Assembly: GCA_963751345.1 (NCBI GenBank)
Contig: CAVVUS010000014.1
Location: 32,001-96,000 of the forward strand
Direction of reading: 5' to 3'
Source: an uncultured Chloroflexia bacterium
GTDB taxonomy: Bacteria > Chloroflexota > Anaerolineae > B4-G1 > SLSP01
DNA length: 64,000 nt
Made by a program: the position numbers and the translations under genes. How positions within the stretch are numbered: position 1 is the first letter of the stretch; every line of letters begins with the position of its first letter. Positions 9,757 to 19,551 of this stretch are shown here, in pieces. Under the pieces are notes generated by a model that saw only the letters and a program-made list of their open reading frames with translations, was not told where the DNA came from and did not search any database.

Positions 9757-10218
9757 GTGGGGGCAGATGATCTCCCCCCGACCGGTGGCACCTACGGCCT
9801 TGTATTAGAGCTTGGAGGCGCCTCGCGGCTGCAGATCGGGGCGCTGGGATCGTGGACCTTTCCCGAAGGTACCTACCTCTACGTGGGCAGTGCGTGGGGT
9901 CCCGGCGGTCTGAGGGCGCGGGTCGGGCGCCATCTACGAGGTAGCGCCGCGCTGCGTTGGCACATCGACTATCTGCGCGCCGCGTCCGATCCCGTAGCCG
10001 TCTGGCTCGCGGTGGGGCTGCGGGTTGAGTGTACCTGGGCGCAGGCCCTGGCTGAGGGCCCTGCTGCTGAGATCGTGGTCCCGCGTTTCGGCGCCTCCGA
10101 CTGCAGCTGCCCCAGCCACCTTTTCCGCATTGAGCAAGATACGTCTGCGGCGCTCGCGCTCCCCGGTTCCCCATATCGCCTTTCTGTGAGACCAACGGAC
10201 GGCGACGCTAATCGCTGA
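9757..10218 (+). CDS. GIY-YIG/DUF123 (Uri superfamily) endonuclease
   Basis: GTYGL, YVGSAWGPGGLRARVGRH, WHIDYL and FGASDCSCPSHLF motifs. Confidence 0.88.
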   Translation: MGADDLPPTGGTYGLVLELGGASRLQIGALGSWTFPEGTYLYVGSAWGPGGLRARVGRHLRGSAALRWHIDYLRAASDPVAVWLAVGLRVECTWAQALAEGPAAEIVVPRFGASDCSCPSHLFRIEQDTSAALALPGSPYRLSVRPTDGDANR

Positions 10219-10231
10219 GCGCAAGTTGCGT

Positions 10232-10259
10232 TTGACAACCCACCCCCACATGCTATACT
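10232..10259 (+). promoter_or_regulatory. tRNA promoter
   Basis: TTGACA-N16-TATACT with extended TG, 11 nt before the tRNA. Confidence 0.75.
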
Positions 10260-10270
10260 CCAGCTCACCT

Positions 10271-10344
10271 GGGTCGTTAGCTCAGTCCGGTAGAGCAGGG
10301 GCCTTTTAAGCCCAGGGCCGCAGGTTCGAATCCTGTACGACCCA
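10271..10344 (+). tRNA. tRNA-Lys(UUU), CCA not encoded
   Basis: Acceptor stem GGGTCGT/ACGACCC, D-arm TAGCTCAGTCCGGTAGAGC, anticodon loop CT-TTT-AA, T-loop GGTTCGAATCC. Confidence 0.95.
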
Positions 10345-10352
10345 CTGAAAAT

Positions 10353-10386
10353 CGCACCCCGGCACACAAATGTGTGCCGGGGTGCG
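10353..10386. terminator. Hairpin downstream of tRNA-Lys
   Basis: CGCACCCCGGCACACA-AA-TGTGTGCCGGGGTGCG. Confidence 0.7.
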
Positions 10387-10433
10387 TCGTTGTACGGCGA
10401 AGTCTGAATCCTCCGTGGTTCAGGTATTCCCCC

Positions 10434-12206
10434 CTATCGAAAGATGGGCGCCGGCAACGCGTCGATGCACGAGGCATCCAGCTCTGCCGTAGGGTCGTCG
10501 ATGAACTGAAGCCCGATCTCGAGCCCACACGCATTTGCGCGCATCACGCCATGTCCCAGGCCGGGAAACTCATAGAAGCGGCTGTTGGGCAGTGCCTCGG
10601 CGGTGCTGCGCCCCCACTCGGGCGGCGTGATGGGGTCGAACTGCCCTGCAAAGACCAATGCGGGCACGTCGGACACCACAGCCTGCGCCTCAATCGCATC
10701 GGCGGGCGCCACCTGCCACTCCGCGCATAGATCGAAATGGAACTTGGCGAAGGCGTCGACGTAGTAGTCCACCACCGGGGCAGGTAGGCCTGCAGCCGCT
10801 GCCTGGGCGTGCGCATAGGTGTCAAACGGGATCTCTTCGTGACATTGAATGCAGTAGAAGACCGCCAGGTTGATATCCGGGACGTAGGAGAGGGCCGGGG
10901 CCATCGAGCGCACGAAGTTGAGCTTATCCGTCGTGCGTGTCCTGGATGAGCGTCGGGAGATCGCCAACGGTCTCGCCCGAATAGAGCAAGAGGTAGGCAA
11001 TCTCCATGAAACCGCCTCCGTCGAGCACCACGCTACCGAAATCGTACTTGAATGTCTCCGGCGCCCGGTTGAGCGAGTCCACCACCTCGTAGAACGTCGT
11101 CTCGAGGTCGGGATAGCGCGTGCGGCAATCTGCGTCCGTACGGCAGCTCTCGAAGACCACGTCGAAAGCCCGCACGGCATCGAGCGCGTATTCGCTGTAA
11201 TAGTCGACCTGCGGCGGATAGACGGAGTCGAGAATGATGCTACGCACGCCTTCCGGGAAGTCGCGGATCAGGTCGAGGCCAAAGCGCGTGCCGTAGGAGG
11301 TGCCGTAGTAGTTAGCCTGTTCGTAGCCCAGGGCGACTCGCAGGTCATTGGCGTCGGCTGCATTGACCGCGCTGTTGTACATATTGAGGTCGATACCTTG
11401 TATCAACAGATCGTCCTGACACGCCAGCCAGAAGTCCTTCTGCTGCCGTATAGCGTTCGACCCAGCTCATCGGCTGACCGACCAGGTCGCGCATCAGTTC
11501 CGTGTATCCCGGACACGCCAATGCCGGCTCGGTGAACGTGACGCCGCGCTGATTGTAGAAGATGAAGTCACGATGAGCCAGGACGCCGTCAATGACGGCC
11601 TGATAGTATTCGAACTGCGCGGTCTCAAGTTGGTTGGCGCCCCCGCCTCCCGTCAGATAGATCAGGGGATCGGGTTGAGGGTCGGTGCTCGTGCTCTTGA
11701 GAATGAGGACCGGCAGGTGAACTTGGGGGCCCTCCGGTGTCGACCGGTCCTCCGGGCACGATCAAGGTGCCGCATTCGTAGACATAGCTCTCTGGGATCT
11801 CGATAGGACACGCGGACGGCTCGAAGGTCACCGTGTACCCGCCATCGGTGGTCACGACGCGCGTTGCCGGCGTGGGGATGGGCGTACCGGTAGGGACAGG
11901 CGTAGGTGTGGGTGGCACGGGCGTCGCGGTTGGCGACGCCGTAGGGACAGCTGTGGCCACCTGCACGGGTAAGGTCACCGAAGGCGGCACGCGAGTGGTT
12001 GTATTGGCTGCTGTCAGAGGCACCGGCGCGATCGGCGCCTGTTGGCATGCCATCAGCAAGAGTATCGATAGCAACCAGATCACGAATTTCGCAAACGGGG
12101 CGCAGCGTGAAGCACCCTTACCACGCCAGCAAGAATGTGCTGTCACGACTACCTCCGCGTGTTGTCCAAAACAAGAATTACAATCTTTATGAAATGTCCG
12201 CGCCAT
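10434..12206 (-). CDS. Alpha/beta-hydrolase lipoprotein (TAP-like peptidase; multiple frameshifts, start uncertain)
   Basis: Lipobox LMAC, PT linker, ECGTLIVP, YGTSYGT nucleophile, GQFDPITP and GLGHG, spread over several frames. Confidence 0.78.
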
Positions 12207-12268
12207 TCTAGCCGGAATGCCCCGCTTGTGCTACCATCAAGCTATCCTGATATCGAGGTCCAATCTGA

Positions 12269-13549
12269 ATGCAGCTTTCTGCCGTGATGCGCGGCCTGCG
12301 CGCCAACTCGAGGTGGTTGCGACCAGCGCAGCTCTCGCTTGAGAATCGCAACATCCTCTACTTTACGATTGATACCGCCCTCCAGGGACTGATGATGGGC
12401 GGAGTCTTCAGCTTTATCTCCGTCTTTATCGTCCGGCTGGGCGCCACGGAACTCCAGACCAGCTTGCTCACCTCGCTGCCCGCCATCGTGATGACGCTCG
12501 CCGCCATTCCTTCCGGACAGCTCATTCAGCGCCAGCGCGACCTCGTCCGGTTCACCAACATCGTGCGCGCCTTCCACCGCGGTTCGATTCTGCTGGTCGC
12601 CCTGCTGCCCTTCATGGTGCACACCGCCTTGATCGAGGTCATCATCGTCGTGTGGACGGTGAAGGCGATCTCCAACGCAATGCTCGATCCGTCGTGGACG
12701 GCCGTTATCGCGGAGCTGATCCCGCCTGCGCGCCGGGCCCGGGTCAATGGAATGCGCTGGACGATCATGAGCGTCGTGACAGCGGTCTCCGTGGCAATCT
12801 TCGGGTTTATGCTCGACCAGCTCCCCTTTCCCCTCAATTATCAACTGGTCTTCCTGATCTCGTTCGTAGGCGGGTCGGTCGGCATGATCTACTGGGGCAA
12901 ACTGCGCATGGCCGAGAACGTCCAACTTGATGCGCAGCCCCGGGCATCACGGACTATCGGCCAGCAGCTCCTGGGGTACTGGCGAAGCCTCCGGGTACCG
13001 GCCTTTGTCCGCTATGAGATCACAACGAGTGTTCTTCGCTTGGGGATGAATATGCCGATAGCGCTCTACAGCATCTACTGGATCCGACGCCTCAACGCCT
13101 CCGATCTCTGGATCGGCTGGCAGTCCACGACCAATCAGATTGCCACCATCGTCGGCTACACGTTCTGGGGTAGGATCATCAGCCGAAAGGGTCACTTTCG
13201 CTCTTTGTTGATCTGTACCGCGGGCGTGGGGCTGTATCCGGTGCTGACGGCCATGGTGCCAAGCCAGACGTGGCTCCCTATCATCTCCCTCGTCCAGGGG
13301 TTTTTCATCACCGGGGTGAACCTGGCGTTCTTCGACACCCTGTTAGCCGTCTGTCCATCGGAGCGGCGGCCCACCTACATCGCCGTGAACACGACGCTCG
13401 CCAGCCTGATGATCTTCGTCGCGCCCCTGCTTGGCTCCGCACTGGCAAGCTGGATCGATATCCGGGGCGTCTTCTACACCGCCGCGGTGATCCACGTCGC
13501 CGCGGTCCTGGCGTTCTGGATCTTCAGAGTCGCCGACGAACCGGCCTAG
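12269..13549 (+). CDS. MFS transporter
   Basis: 426 aa with about 12 hydrophobic helices. Confidence 0.85.
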   Translation: MQLSAVMRGLRANSRWLRPAQLSLENRNILYFTIDTALQGLMMGGVFSFISVFIVRLGATELQTSLLTSLPAIVMTLAAIPSGQLIQRQRDLVRFTNIVRAFHRGSILLVALLPFMVHTALIEVIIVVWTVKAISNAMLDPSWTAVIAELIPPARRARVNGMRWTIMSVVTAVSVAIFGFMLDQLPFPLNYQLVFLISFVGGSVGMIYWGKLRMAENVQLDAQPRASRTIGQQLLGYWRSLRVPAFVRYEITTSVLRLGMNMPIALYSIYWIRRLNASDLWIGWQSTTNQIATIVGYTFWGRIISRKGHFRSLLICTAGVGLYPVLTAMVPSQTWLPIISLVQGFFITGVNLAFFDTLLAVCPSERRPTYIAVNTTLASLMIFVAPLLGSALASWIDIRGVFYTAAVIHVAAVLAFWIFRVADEPA

Positions 13550-13660
13550 GGCAATCGAGGAGCGCTCTGGCTTCCGAGAGATCGCGGGTATCGAAGCCTT
13601 CCGTGAACCAACCGTAGAGCTCGGCTAGATGCTCGCGTGCCTCGGGGTGCTCCCATACAC
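13546..13660 (-). pseudogene. C-terminal remnant of an adenylate-cyclase/AAA-ATPase/TPR protein
   Basis: EAREHLAELYGWFTEGFDTRDLSEARALLD is the typical C-terminus of these STAND proteins; no body upstream. Confidence 0.65.
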
Positions 13661-13988
13661 ATCCAGGTGGAACAGTGCGGGGCGATGATGGTATGGACTG
13701 CGTCAAAGATAAACTGGCGGGCTTTGAGGAAGACTATGATGAGGTCCTCCCCACGGTGCCATAACCGTTGGCAACTCGGGCGCAGTTCGCGCCTATCCAC
13801 GAGTCCTGAGGGCCACTCAGGACTCTTTTCTTGCACCGAAGCAGCAGTACTGCTTCCTTGCCGGGTTGGCGGAGCCCTGTACAATTCCGAGAGGCGGGCA
13901 TAAGGCAGGTCCTCGACTGATGGGCTCACTGCCGGCGTCACGCCATGCTATAGTGCGCCCGAACTAACTCTCAACCGGAGCTACGTCT

Positions 13989-14726
13989 ATGTCAGAAAGC
14001 CTGCGCATGTGGGTCGAGATCTCGTTCAACATCGCCTACCTTGTTGGTGTTTTCGTCCTCATCGTTGCCATGATCCGGCGGCAGCCCACGGTAGCCACCG
14101 AAGATCAACCTTTGACGCGACGATTCATCTGGGCATTTGTGCTACTGGCATCAGGTGACGTCGGGCACGTCGGACTCCGTGTACTCGCCTATGCAATGGG
14201 CGATCTAGGAACCCAGGTCAATCTCTTCGGGCGGTCCGTCGGCCTCGTCGGGCTGGGTGCGCTGTCAACTGCAACCACGGTGACGTTCTTCTATGTCCTG
14301 ATGCTGACAGTCTGGCGCCAACGGTTCGATAAGCCCTACGGCTGGTTCGGCACCCTTTTGTTCGTCGCAGTAGCGGTCCGTCTTGTCATCATGACCTTTC
14401 CCCAGAACGCATGGAACCAGGTCGTGCCGCCGTGGGGATGGTCGATCGCCAGGAACGCCCCCCTGGTCGTCCAGGGCTTGGGGGTTGCCTACCTGGTCCT
14501 CCGTGATGCGAGACAACAACACGATCGTACGTTCGCCAAGATCGGATGGATGATCATCGCCTCCTACGCCTTCTACACTCCGGTGATTCTCTTCGTTCAG
14601 CGCGTGCCCATAGTCGGCATGCTGATGATCCCAAAGACACTGGCTTACATCGCCATTGCCGTGATCGGATATCAGGACTTGTTTCCAGCTCAGGCAGCCA
14701 CGCTCACGGCGGAGCCTGTGGCATAA
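13989..14726 (+). CDS. Hypothetical multi-TM membrane protein
   Basis: 245 aa hydrophobic protein with LASGDVGHVG and MLMIPKT motifs. Confidence 0.75.
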   Translation: MSESLRMWVEISFNIAYLVGVFVLIVAMIRRQPTVATEDQPLTRRFIWAFVLLASGDVGHVGLRVLAYAMGDLGTQVNLFGRSVGLVGLGALSTATTVTFFYVLMLTVWRQRFDKPYGWFGTLLFVAVAVRLVIMTFPQNAWNQVVPPWGWSIARNAPLVVQGLGVAYLVLRDARQQHDRTFAKIGWMIIASYAFYTPVILFVQRVPIVGMLMIPKTLAYIAIAVIGYQDLFPAQAATLTAEPVA

Positions 14727-14737
14727 CGCGGGGTGCT

Positions 14738-15946
14738 ATGAAACGACGGTATATTGTCCTGTTCCTCTTTGTCTTCATCGATGTGCTCGGATTCAGCCTC
14801 ATCCTGCCCCTCCTGCCGTACTACGCCCGGACGTTTGGCGCGACCCCCACTGTGATTGGATTCCTGATCTCGTCCAACGCCCTGACCCAACTCATGACCG
14901 CTCCTATCCTTGGGCGGCTCTCGGATCGCTATGGGCGCCGCCCGCTGCTCATCGTGTGCATCATCGGCACAGCAGTCAGCTTCCTTCTGCTTGGCGCAGC
15001 GAATTCGCTCTTGGTGCTCTTCATCAGCCGTCTCGTCGATGGTCTCCTCGGCGGGAACACCTCTCTGGCCCAGGCCTACGTGTCCGACATCAGCGAGGGC
15101 AAAGACCGCGCCAATGCCATGGGCCTGATCGGTGCTGCCTTTGGCCTCGGGTTCATCTTCGGGCCTGCGATGGGCGGCATCCTCAGCCGGGGCGGTAACT
15201 ATGCGCTACCCGCCTTTGTGAGCGCGGGACTGGCGATTGTGAATCTGATCTCGGTCCTGATCTGGCTGCCGGAGTCACTGACGCCGGAGCGGCGTGCGGC
15301 GCTGCGCGATCACCCCCAGCACCGGACGACCGTCAAGTCGCTCATGGCCTCCTTCAGACGCCGGTACGTCGGCCCCCTGCTGACGATGAGACTCTTTTAC
15401 GGCTTGGCGTTCACGATGTTCGAGACGGTCTTCTCCCTCTATGCCATCGCCCGGTTGGACCTGAATGCACAGAGCACGAGCTACGTCCTCGCCTACGTCG
15501 GCGTCTTGGTTGTGCTGATACAGGGCGGCGGCATCCGCCTGTTGACCAAGAGGGTGAGCGAGACCGCACTTACCTTCTGGGGTTTCGTCCTTATGGCTAT
15601 CTCGTTGCTGGCCTGGGCGCTCGCCCCCAGTCTGTGGGTGCTTCTGATCGTGCTCGTCCCGCTTTCGTTTGCCTCGGGCGTGCTCAACGCCGTGCTCAGC
15701 AGCTTGCTCAGCGAGGTCGTGCCACAGGAGGAGGTGGGCGGCACACTGGGCCTTTCTTCTTCATTGGGTAGTTTTGCCAGGATCATCTCGCCTTCGTTGG
15801 GCGGATGGCTGATCGACGTCCTGGGGGCATGGGCCCCGGGCGTGCTCGGCTCCGCCATTGTGGCCGGTGTGACGCTCTATGCACGACCTCACCTGGCCAC
15901 CATCCGGGATGAAGCCGGTATCTCCGGCGATAAGCCGGCGCCGTAG
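14738..15946 (+). CDS. MFS drug:H+ antiporter (TetA-like DHA1)
   Basis: GRLSDRYGRRP motif A and GAAFGLGFIFGPAMGG motif C. Confidence 0.9.
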   Translation: MKRRYIVLFLFVFIDVLGFSLILPLLPYYARTFGATPTVIGFLISSNALTQLMTAPILGRLSDRYGRRPLLIVCIIGTAVSFLLLGAANSLLVLFISRLVDGLLGGNTSLAQAYVSDISEGKDRANAMGLIGAAFGLGFIFGPAMGGILSRGGNYALPAFVSAGLAIVNLISVLIWLPESLTPERRAALRDHPQHRTTVKSLMASFRRRYVGPLLTMRLFYGLAFTMFETVFSLYAIARLDLNAQSTSYVLAYVGVLVVLIQGGGIRLLTKRVSETALTFWGFVLMAISLLAWALAPSLWVLLIVLVPLSFASGVLNAVLSSLLSEVVPQEEVGGTLGLSSSLGSFARIISPSLGGWLIDVLGAWAPGVLGSAIVAGVTLYARPHLATIRDEAGISGDKPAP

Positions 15947-16005
15947 GAGCGCGATCATCCTGGTATCTCGCTATTCACCGTAGCTTACAGTTCGGAGGGC
16001 CACAT

Positions 16006-17394
16006 ATGACAGACACATCACTGGAATCAAGCCTCACTTACGCTCACGAGCACACCGATGCCTTCATCGAGCAGTACAAAGATCTGCTGTGTATCCCGTC
16101 CATCGGCACAGACCCGGCGTATCGCGCGGATGTGCAGCGTGCGGCAGAATGGATTGCCGGCGAGATGGCACGCCTGGGCATCGAGCACTGCCAGGTGTTG
16201 GCGACGGACGGGCAGCCCGCGGTCTATGGCGATTGGCTGCACGCCGGCGACGATGCACCGACGGCGCTCCTCTACGCCCACTACGACGTCCAGCCTGTCG
16301 ACCCGCTCGACCTATGGGTCGCGCCTCCCTTTGAGCCGGATATCCGAGAGGGGAAGCTCTACGCCCGAGGCGTCATCGATGACAAAGCCGGGGTCTTCCT
16401 GCACCTCAAGGCCTTCGAATCGGTTATGGCTGCCGTAGGCAGCCTGCCGGTTAATGTGAAGTTCATCTTCGAGGGCGAGGAGGAAAGCGGCTCTCCCACG
16501 ATGGAGCCTTTCATCAAGGCGCACAAGGATCTGCTTACGGCAGATGTCGCCGTGATCTCAGATGGCGGGTCATCCGACGAAAGCCCGTCGATGATGGCAT
16601 CGGTCCGCGGCATCGTGACGGCTGAGGTCAAGATCCACGGGCCTAAACGGGATCTGCACTCCGGCAGCTTTGGGGGCGTCGTCCACAACCCCACGCACAT
16701 GGTAGGGAAGATCATCGCGGCCCTACACGATGACGAGGGGCGCATTCAGATCCCTGGTTTCTACGACGACGTGGTACCCGTCTCCGCAGCGCAGCAGGCC
16801 CTGATTGAGGCCAATGAGCCGCGTGCGATAGAGCGTGCGAAGGAGGAGACCGGCCTCGAGACCTTCTGGGGTGTGCCGGGGTACTCATACCTGGAGCGCG
16901 CCACGGCACAGCCCACCTGCGACGTCAATGGCATCTACGGCGGCTACCAGGGCATCGGCGCAAAGACCGTGTTGCCGGCTGAAGCCGGTTTCAAGGTGAG
17001 CATGCGCCTCGTCAACAACCAGAGCCCAATCGACATCGCGGAGAAGTTCGCGACCTTCGTCAACAGCTTCGCCTGCGATACGCTGAAGCTCGAAGTGAAG
17101 ATCCTCTCGAGCTCGTGGCCCGCGGAGACCCTTGTCAGCGGCCCGATCGCACAGGCCGTCATCGATGCCTATGCCGACACGTGGGGCCGGGCACCGCGGA
17201 TGGAACGCGCAGGTGGGTCAGTACCGATCATCGGTATGCTGCAACACGTCCTGGACATCCCGGTGACCAGTATGGGGCTCGGTCACGGCAGCAACGGGCA
17301 TTCGCCGAATGAGTACTTCGACCTGGCATACTTTGGCACCAATGTCGATACGGCGATCCACTTCCTGTACAACCTGGCGAAGGTAGGCCGCTAA
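16006..17394 (+). CDS. M20 family dipeptidase
   Basis: AHYDVQP, ARGVIDDK, EGEEE, DLHSG and HSPNE motifs. Confidence 0.9.
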   Translation: MTDTSLESSLTYAHEHTDAFIEQYKDLLCIPSIGTDPAYRADVQRAAEWIAGEMARLGIEHCQVLATDGQPAVYGDWLHAGDDAPTALLYAHYDVQPVDPLDLWVAPPFEPDIREGKLYARGVIDDKAGVFLHLKAFESVMAAVGSLPVNVKFIFEGEEESGSPTMEPFIKAHKDLLTADVAVISDGGSSDESPSMMASVRGIVTAEVKIHGPKRDLHSGSFGGVVHNPTHMVGKIIAALHDDEGRIQIPGFYDDVVPVSAAQQALIEANEPRAIERAKEETGLETFWGVPGYSYLERATAQPTCDVNGIYGGYQGIGAKTVLPAEAGFKVSMRLVNNQSPIDIAEKFATFVNSFACDTLKLEVKILSSSWPAETLVSGPIAQAVIDAYADTWGRAPRMERAGGSVPIIGMLQHVLDIPVTSMGLGHGSNGHSPNEYFDLAYFGTNVDTAIHFLYNLAKVGR

Positions 17395-18011
17395 GAAGCG
17401 ATCGGGGCAAGTTCGCTGTTAATCACCGCAGCAACCATCGGGGCGATGCGCGCGAAGTCGGCATCGCCCCGCACGATCAGATCCGCGTGGACGCGCGAGG
17501 GCTCGACGTAGCGCTGGTGGCCGACCTTCGCCGATTCGAGGTAGTAGGCAGCGATGGATCTAGGGCCCTGATTCGAGATTGGGTCCCCGTGATGTTCTAT
17601 GTTGCGGATCAGACGGCGCAGCGCGCGGGTATCGGCGTCCAGCTCGACGAAGAGACGTAGGTCAAGCCGCTCGCGAATCTCATCCGAGTGCAGGACCATC
17701 AGCCCCTCGACGATCAGAACGTCCGGCGCATCTTCCGCTTGGGAGATGGCATCGAGATCCTCGGCCACCTGGTGGAGGTCAATCGAGTCAGGCCGGTTGT
17801 AGTCGGGCGATCTCTGACCATTGAAAGAGAGCACAAGGGTCGGCATCTCGGGAGAGCCCGGCTTGAAGTAGCTGTCGGTGTGGATGACACGAAGGGTCAT
17901 CGCGGGGCGGAGATCGGTCAGGGCCTGGCACAGTGCGGCAGTAAGCGCGCTCTTCCCGGACGCGGAGCCACCCGCGATGCCGACGATCAGGCTTTTGCCA
18001 TGAGTGTGCAT
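17391..18011 (-). CDS. udk: Uridine kinase family protein
   Basis: GIAGGSASGKS, IVEGL, RRLIRN and YVEPSR motifs. Confidence 0.75.
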   Translation of the reverse strand: MHTHGKSLIVGIAGGSASGKSALTAALCQALTDLRPAMTLRVIHTDSYFKPGSPEMPTLVLSFNGQRSPDYNRPDSIDLHQVAEDLDAISQAEDAPDVLIVEGLMVLHSDEIRERLDLRLFVELDADTRALRRLIRNIEHHGDPISNQGPRSIAAYYLESAKVGHQRYVEPSRVHADLIVRGDADFARIAPMVAAVINSELAPIAS

Positions 18012-18041
18012 TAAATGTCCTTTGCGCAGTGATGTTCTCGT

Positions 18042-19367
18042 CTAGGGTGCGGCATCGTACTCGGCGAGGATGGCGGTCGCCCCGGCGACGTTGCCGGATA
18101 GAAGCGCGTCAACAGCCTGGTCCAACCGTGCATTGACCTCCACGTCGCCGGCGTACTGCCGGCGTGCATCGAGCAATTGCAGGGGAAGTGACAGGTCTAA
18201 GGCGTCATACGGAAAGACCTGGTCGTCGGTCACCCGACGGGTCTCCTGCACCATCTCCAGGTAGCGATAGCCGAACTCCACCGTCGGCTCGATGATCGTG
18301 CCCTCGCCGTAGTCGTTCCACGTGATCAACTGGATCACGTCGGGGTGCTGGCCTAGCGCCATCTCGAGCGTCGCACGGAACGTCTCGCCGTCGCGCGGGT
18401 CCAGATAGCCGTAGGAATCCCCCACACCCGCTTCCTTGTAGATATCCTCGAAGCCCGGGAACGCACCGCCCACCACGTAGTCCCTACGTTCGGCCTTCAG
18501 GTAGAAACTCGAAAGATACTGGTCCAATCGTTCCTCGGTCAACACACCGTTCGTGCCGGCCCACATCGGGGGCCACGGGAAACTCGACGTCGCCGCGGCC
18601 TCGGTGTGGCCATCGAGCGTGACAAAGGCGGGCTGGACGTCCAGCACGGAGAACAACGTCTCCCAGTCGGAGGCCTTGGTGAAATACTGGGGCCCGAAGG
18701 TGAGCAACACCGGCTGCCCGCCGGCCTTCAGGTAGGTCTCATCGCCGAACCAGGTGTCCTGGAGGTAGCGCATGACCTCCTGCCCGTGGGCGAGCGCGTC
18801 CTCGGCCCGCAGGTAGCCGCCGTCGATCATGTGCCCGATGGTCTGGTCCTCGTAGCAGATGGCGAACCGCAGTCCGGCTTTCTTGATGGCCTCAAAGAGC
18901 CTCTGCGTGCTCTCGTTGATGGCGCCGTAATCGTAAACGTCCTTCATCCCATACCAGTCCACGATGACGCCATCGATGCCGCTCACCTTCATCAGCAATG
19001 TCTGGTACTCCAGAATTGCAGGATCGCTTGAGTCATAGGGGCCTGTCAGCGGCGTATAGTGGGAGGCGATCTCGGGCCGGCCCGAGGCATCCACCTGCGT
19101 GGGGTCGAAATGGTTCATCGTCCAGTGCCACCCCCAGACGCCGCTGACGTCGGGCGTTTGGTACCACGGCATGGTGTGCGCCATCAGCAGTGGGCGCTGG
19201 GGCACCGGGGTCTGAGTCGGCGGTGTGGCAGGCGTCGGCGAAACCGCCGGGACCGGCGTCGCCGGTGCGGCGGTCGCGTTACCGGGTGTCACCGGCAGGC
19301 TATGGCATCCTGCGATCACCGAGCCCATGGTGAGAAGGCAGAGCCCTCGAAACAGCCCCTGTAGCAT
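18042..19367 (-). CDS. GH99/GH71-like glycoside hydrolase lipoprotein
   Basis: AAGGAGG RBS, lipobox IAGC, HTMPWY, GPYDS, GIDGVIVDWY and ITWNDYGEGT motifs. Confidence 0.8.
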   Translation of the reverse strand: MLQGLFRGLCLLTMGSVIAGCHSLPVTPGNATAAPATPVPAVSPTPATPPTQTPVPQRPLLMAHTMPWYQTPDVSGVWGWHWTMNHFDPTQVDASGRPEIASHYTPLTGPYDSSDPAILEYQTLLMKVSGIDGVIVDWYGMKDVYDYGAINESTQRLFEAIKKAGLRFAICYEDQTIGHMIDGGYLRAEDALAHGQEVMRYLQDTWFGDETYLKAGGQPVLLTFGPQYFTKASDWETLFSVLDVQPAFVTLDGHTEAAATSSFPWPPMWAGTNGVLTEERLDQYLSSFYLKAERRDYVVGGAFPGFEDIYKEAGVGDSYGYLDPRDGETFRATLEMALGQHPDVIQLITWNDYGEGTIIEPTVEFGYRYLEMVQETRRVTDDQVFPYDALDLSLPLQLLDARRQYAGDVEVNARLDQAVDALLSGNVAGATAILAEYDAAP

Positions 19368-19551
19368 CGCCGGCCTCCTTGAAATAGCCCTTCCCTCGTG
19401 CCACATTTGACGCGCCACATCGTCAAGATATCATCGCCATGAATGCCTGGAAGACGAATAGAGCCGGATTCTACGTTGGTTCTATACTCAACACAAATGA
19501 CGCTAAGCCTTGCGAAGGTTCAACGAAAGCCCTACGCAAAAGAGGAGATCT

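Noticed and set aside
10271-10434. tRNA-Lys as the attachment site of an integrated element
   Set aside because: No integrase and no duplicated tRNA 3' end seen in the window.
13989-14726. Second rhodopsin (multi-TM protein with a Lys in the last helix)
   Set aside because: Lacks both type-1 (RYxDW, DxxxK) and heliorhodopsin (RxxEY, SxxxK) motifs.
16006-17394. M20 peptidase as the missing LysK/ArgE
   Set aside because: Its length and HYDVQP/DLHSG motifs fit the dipeptidase subfamily, and it is unlinked to the lys operon.
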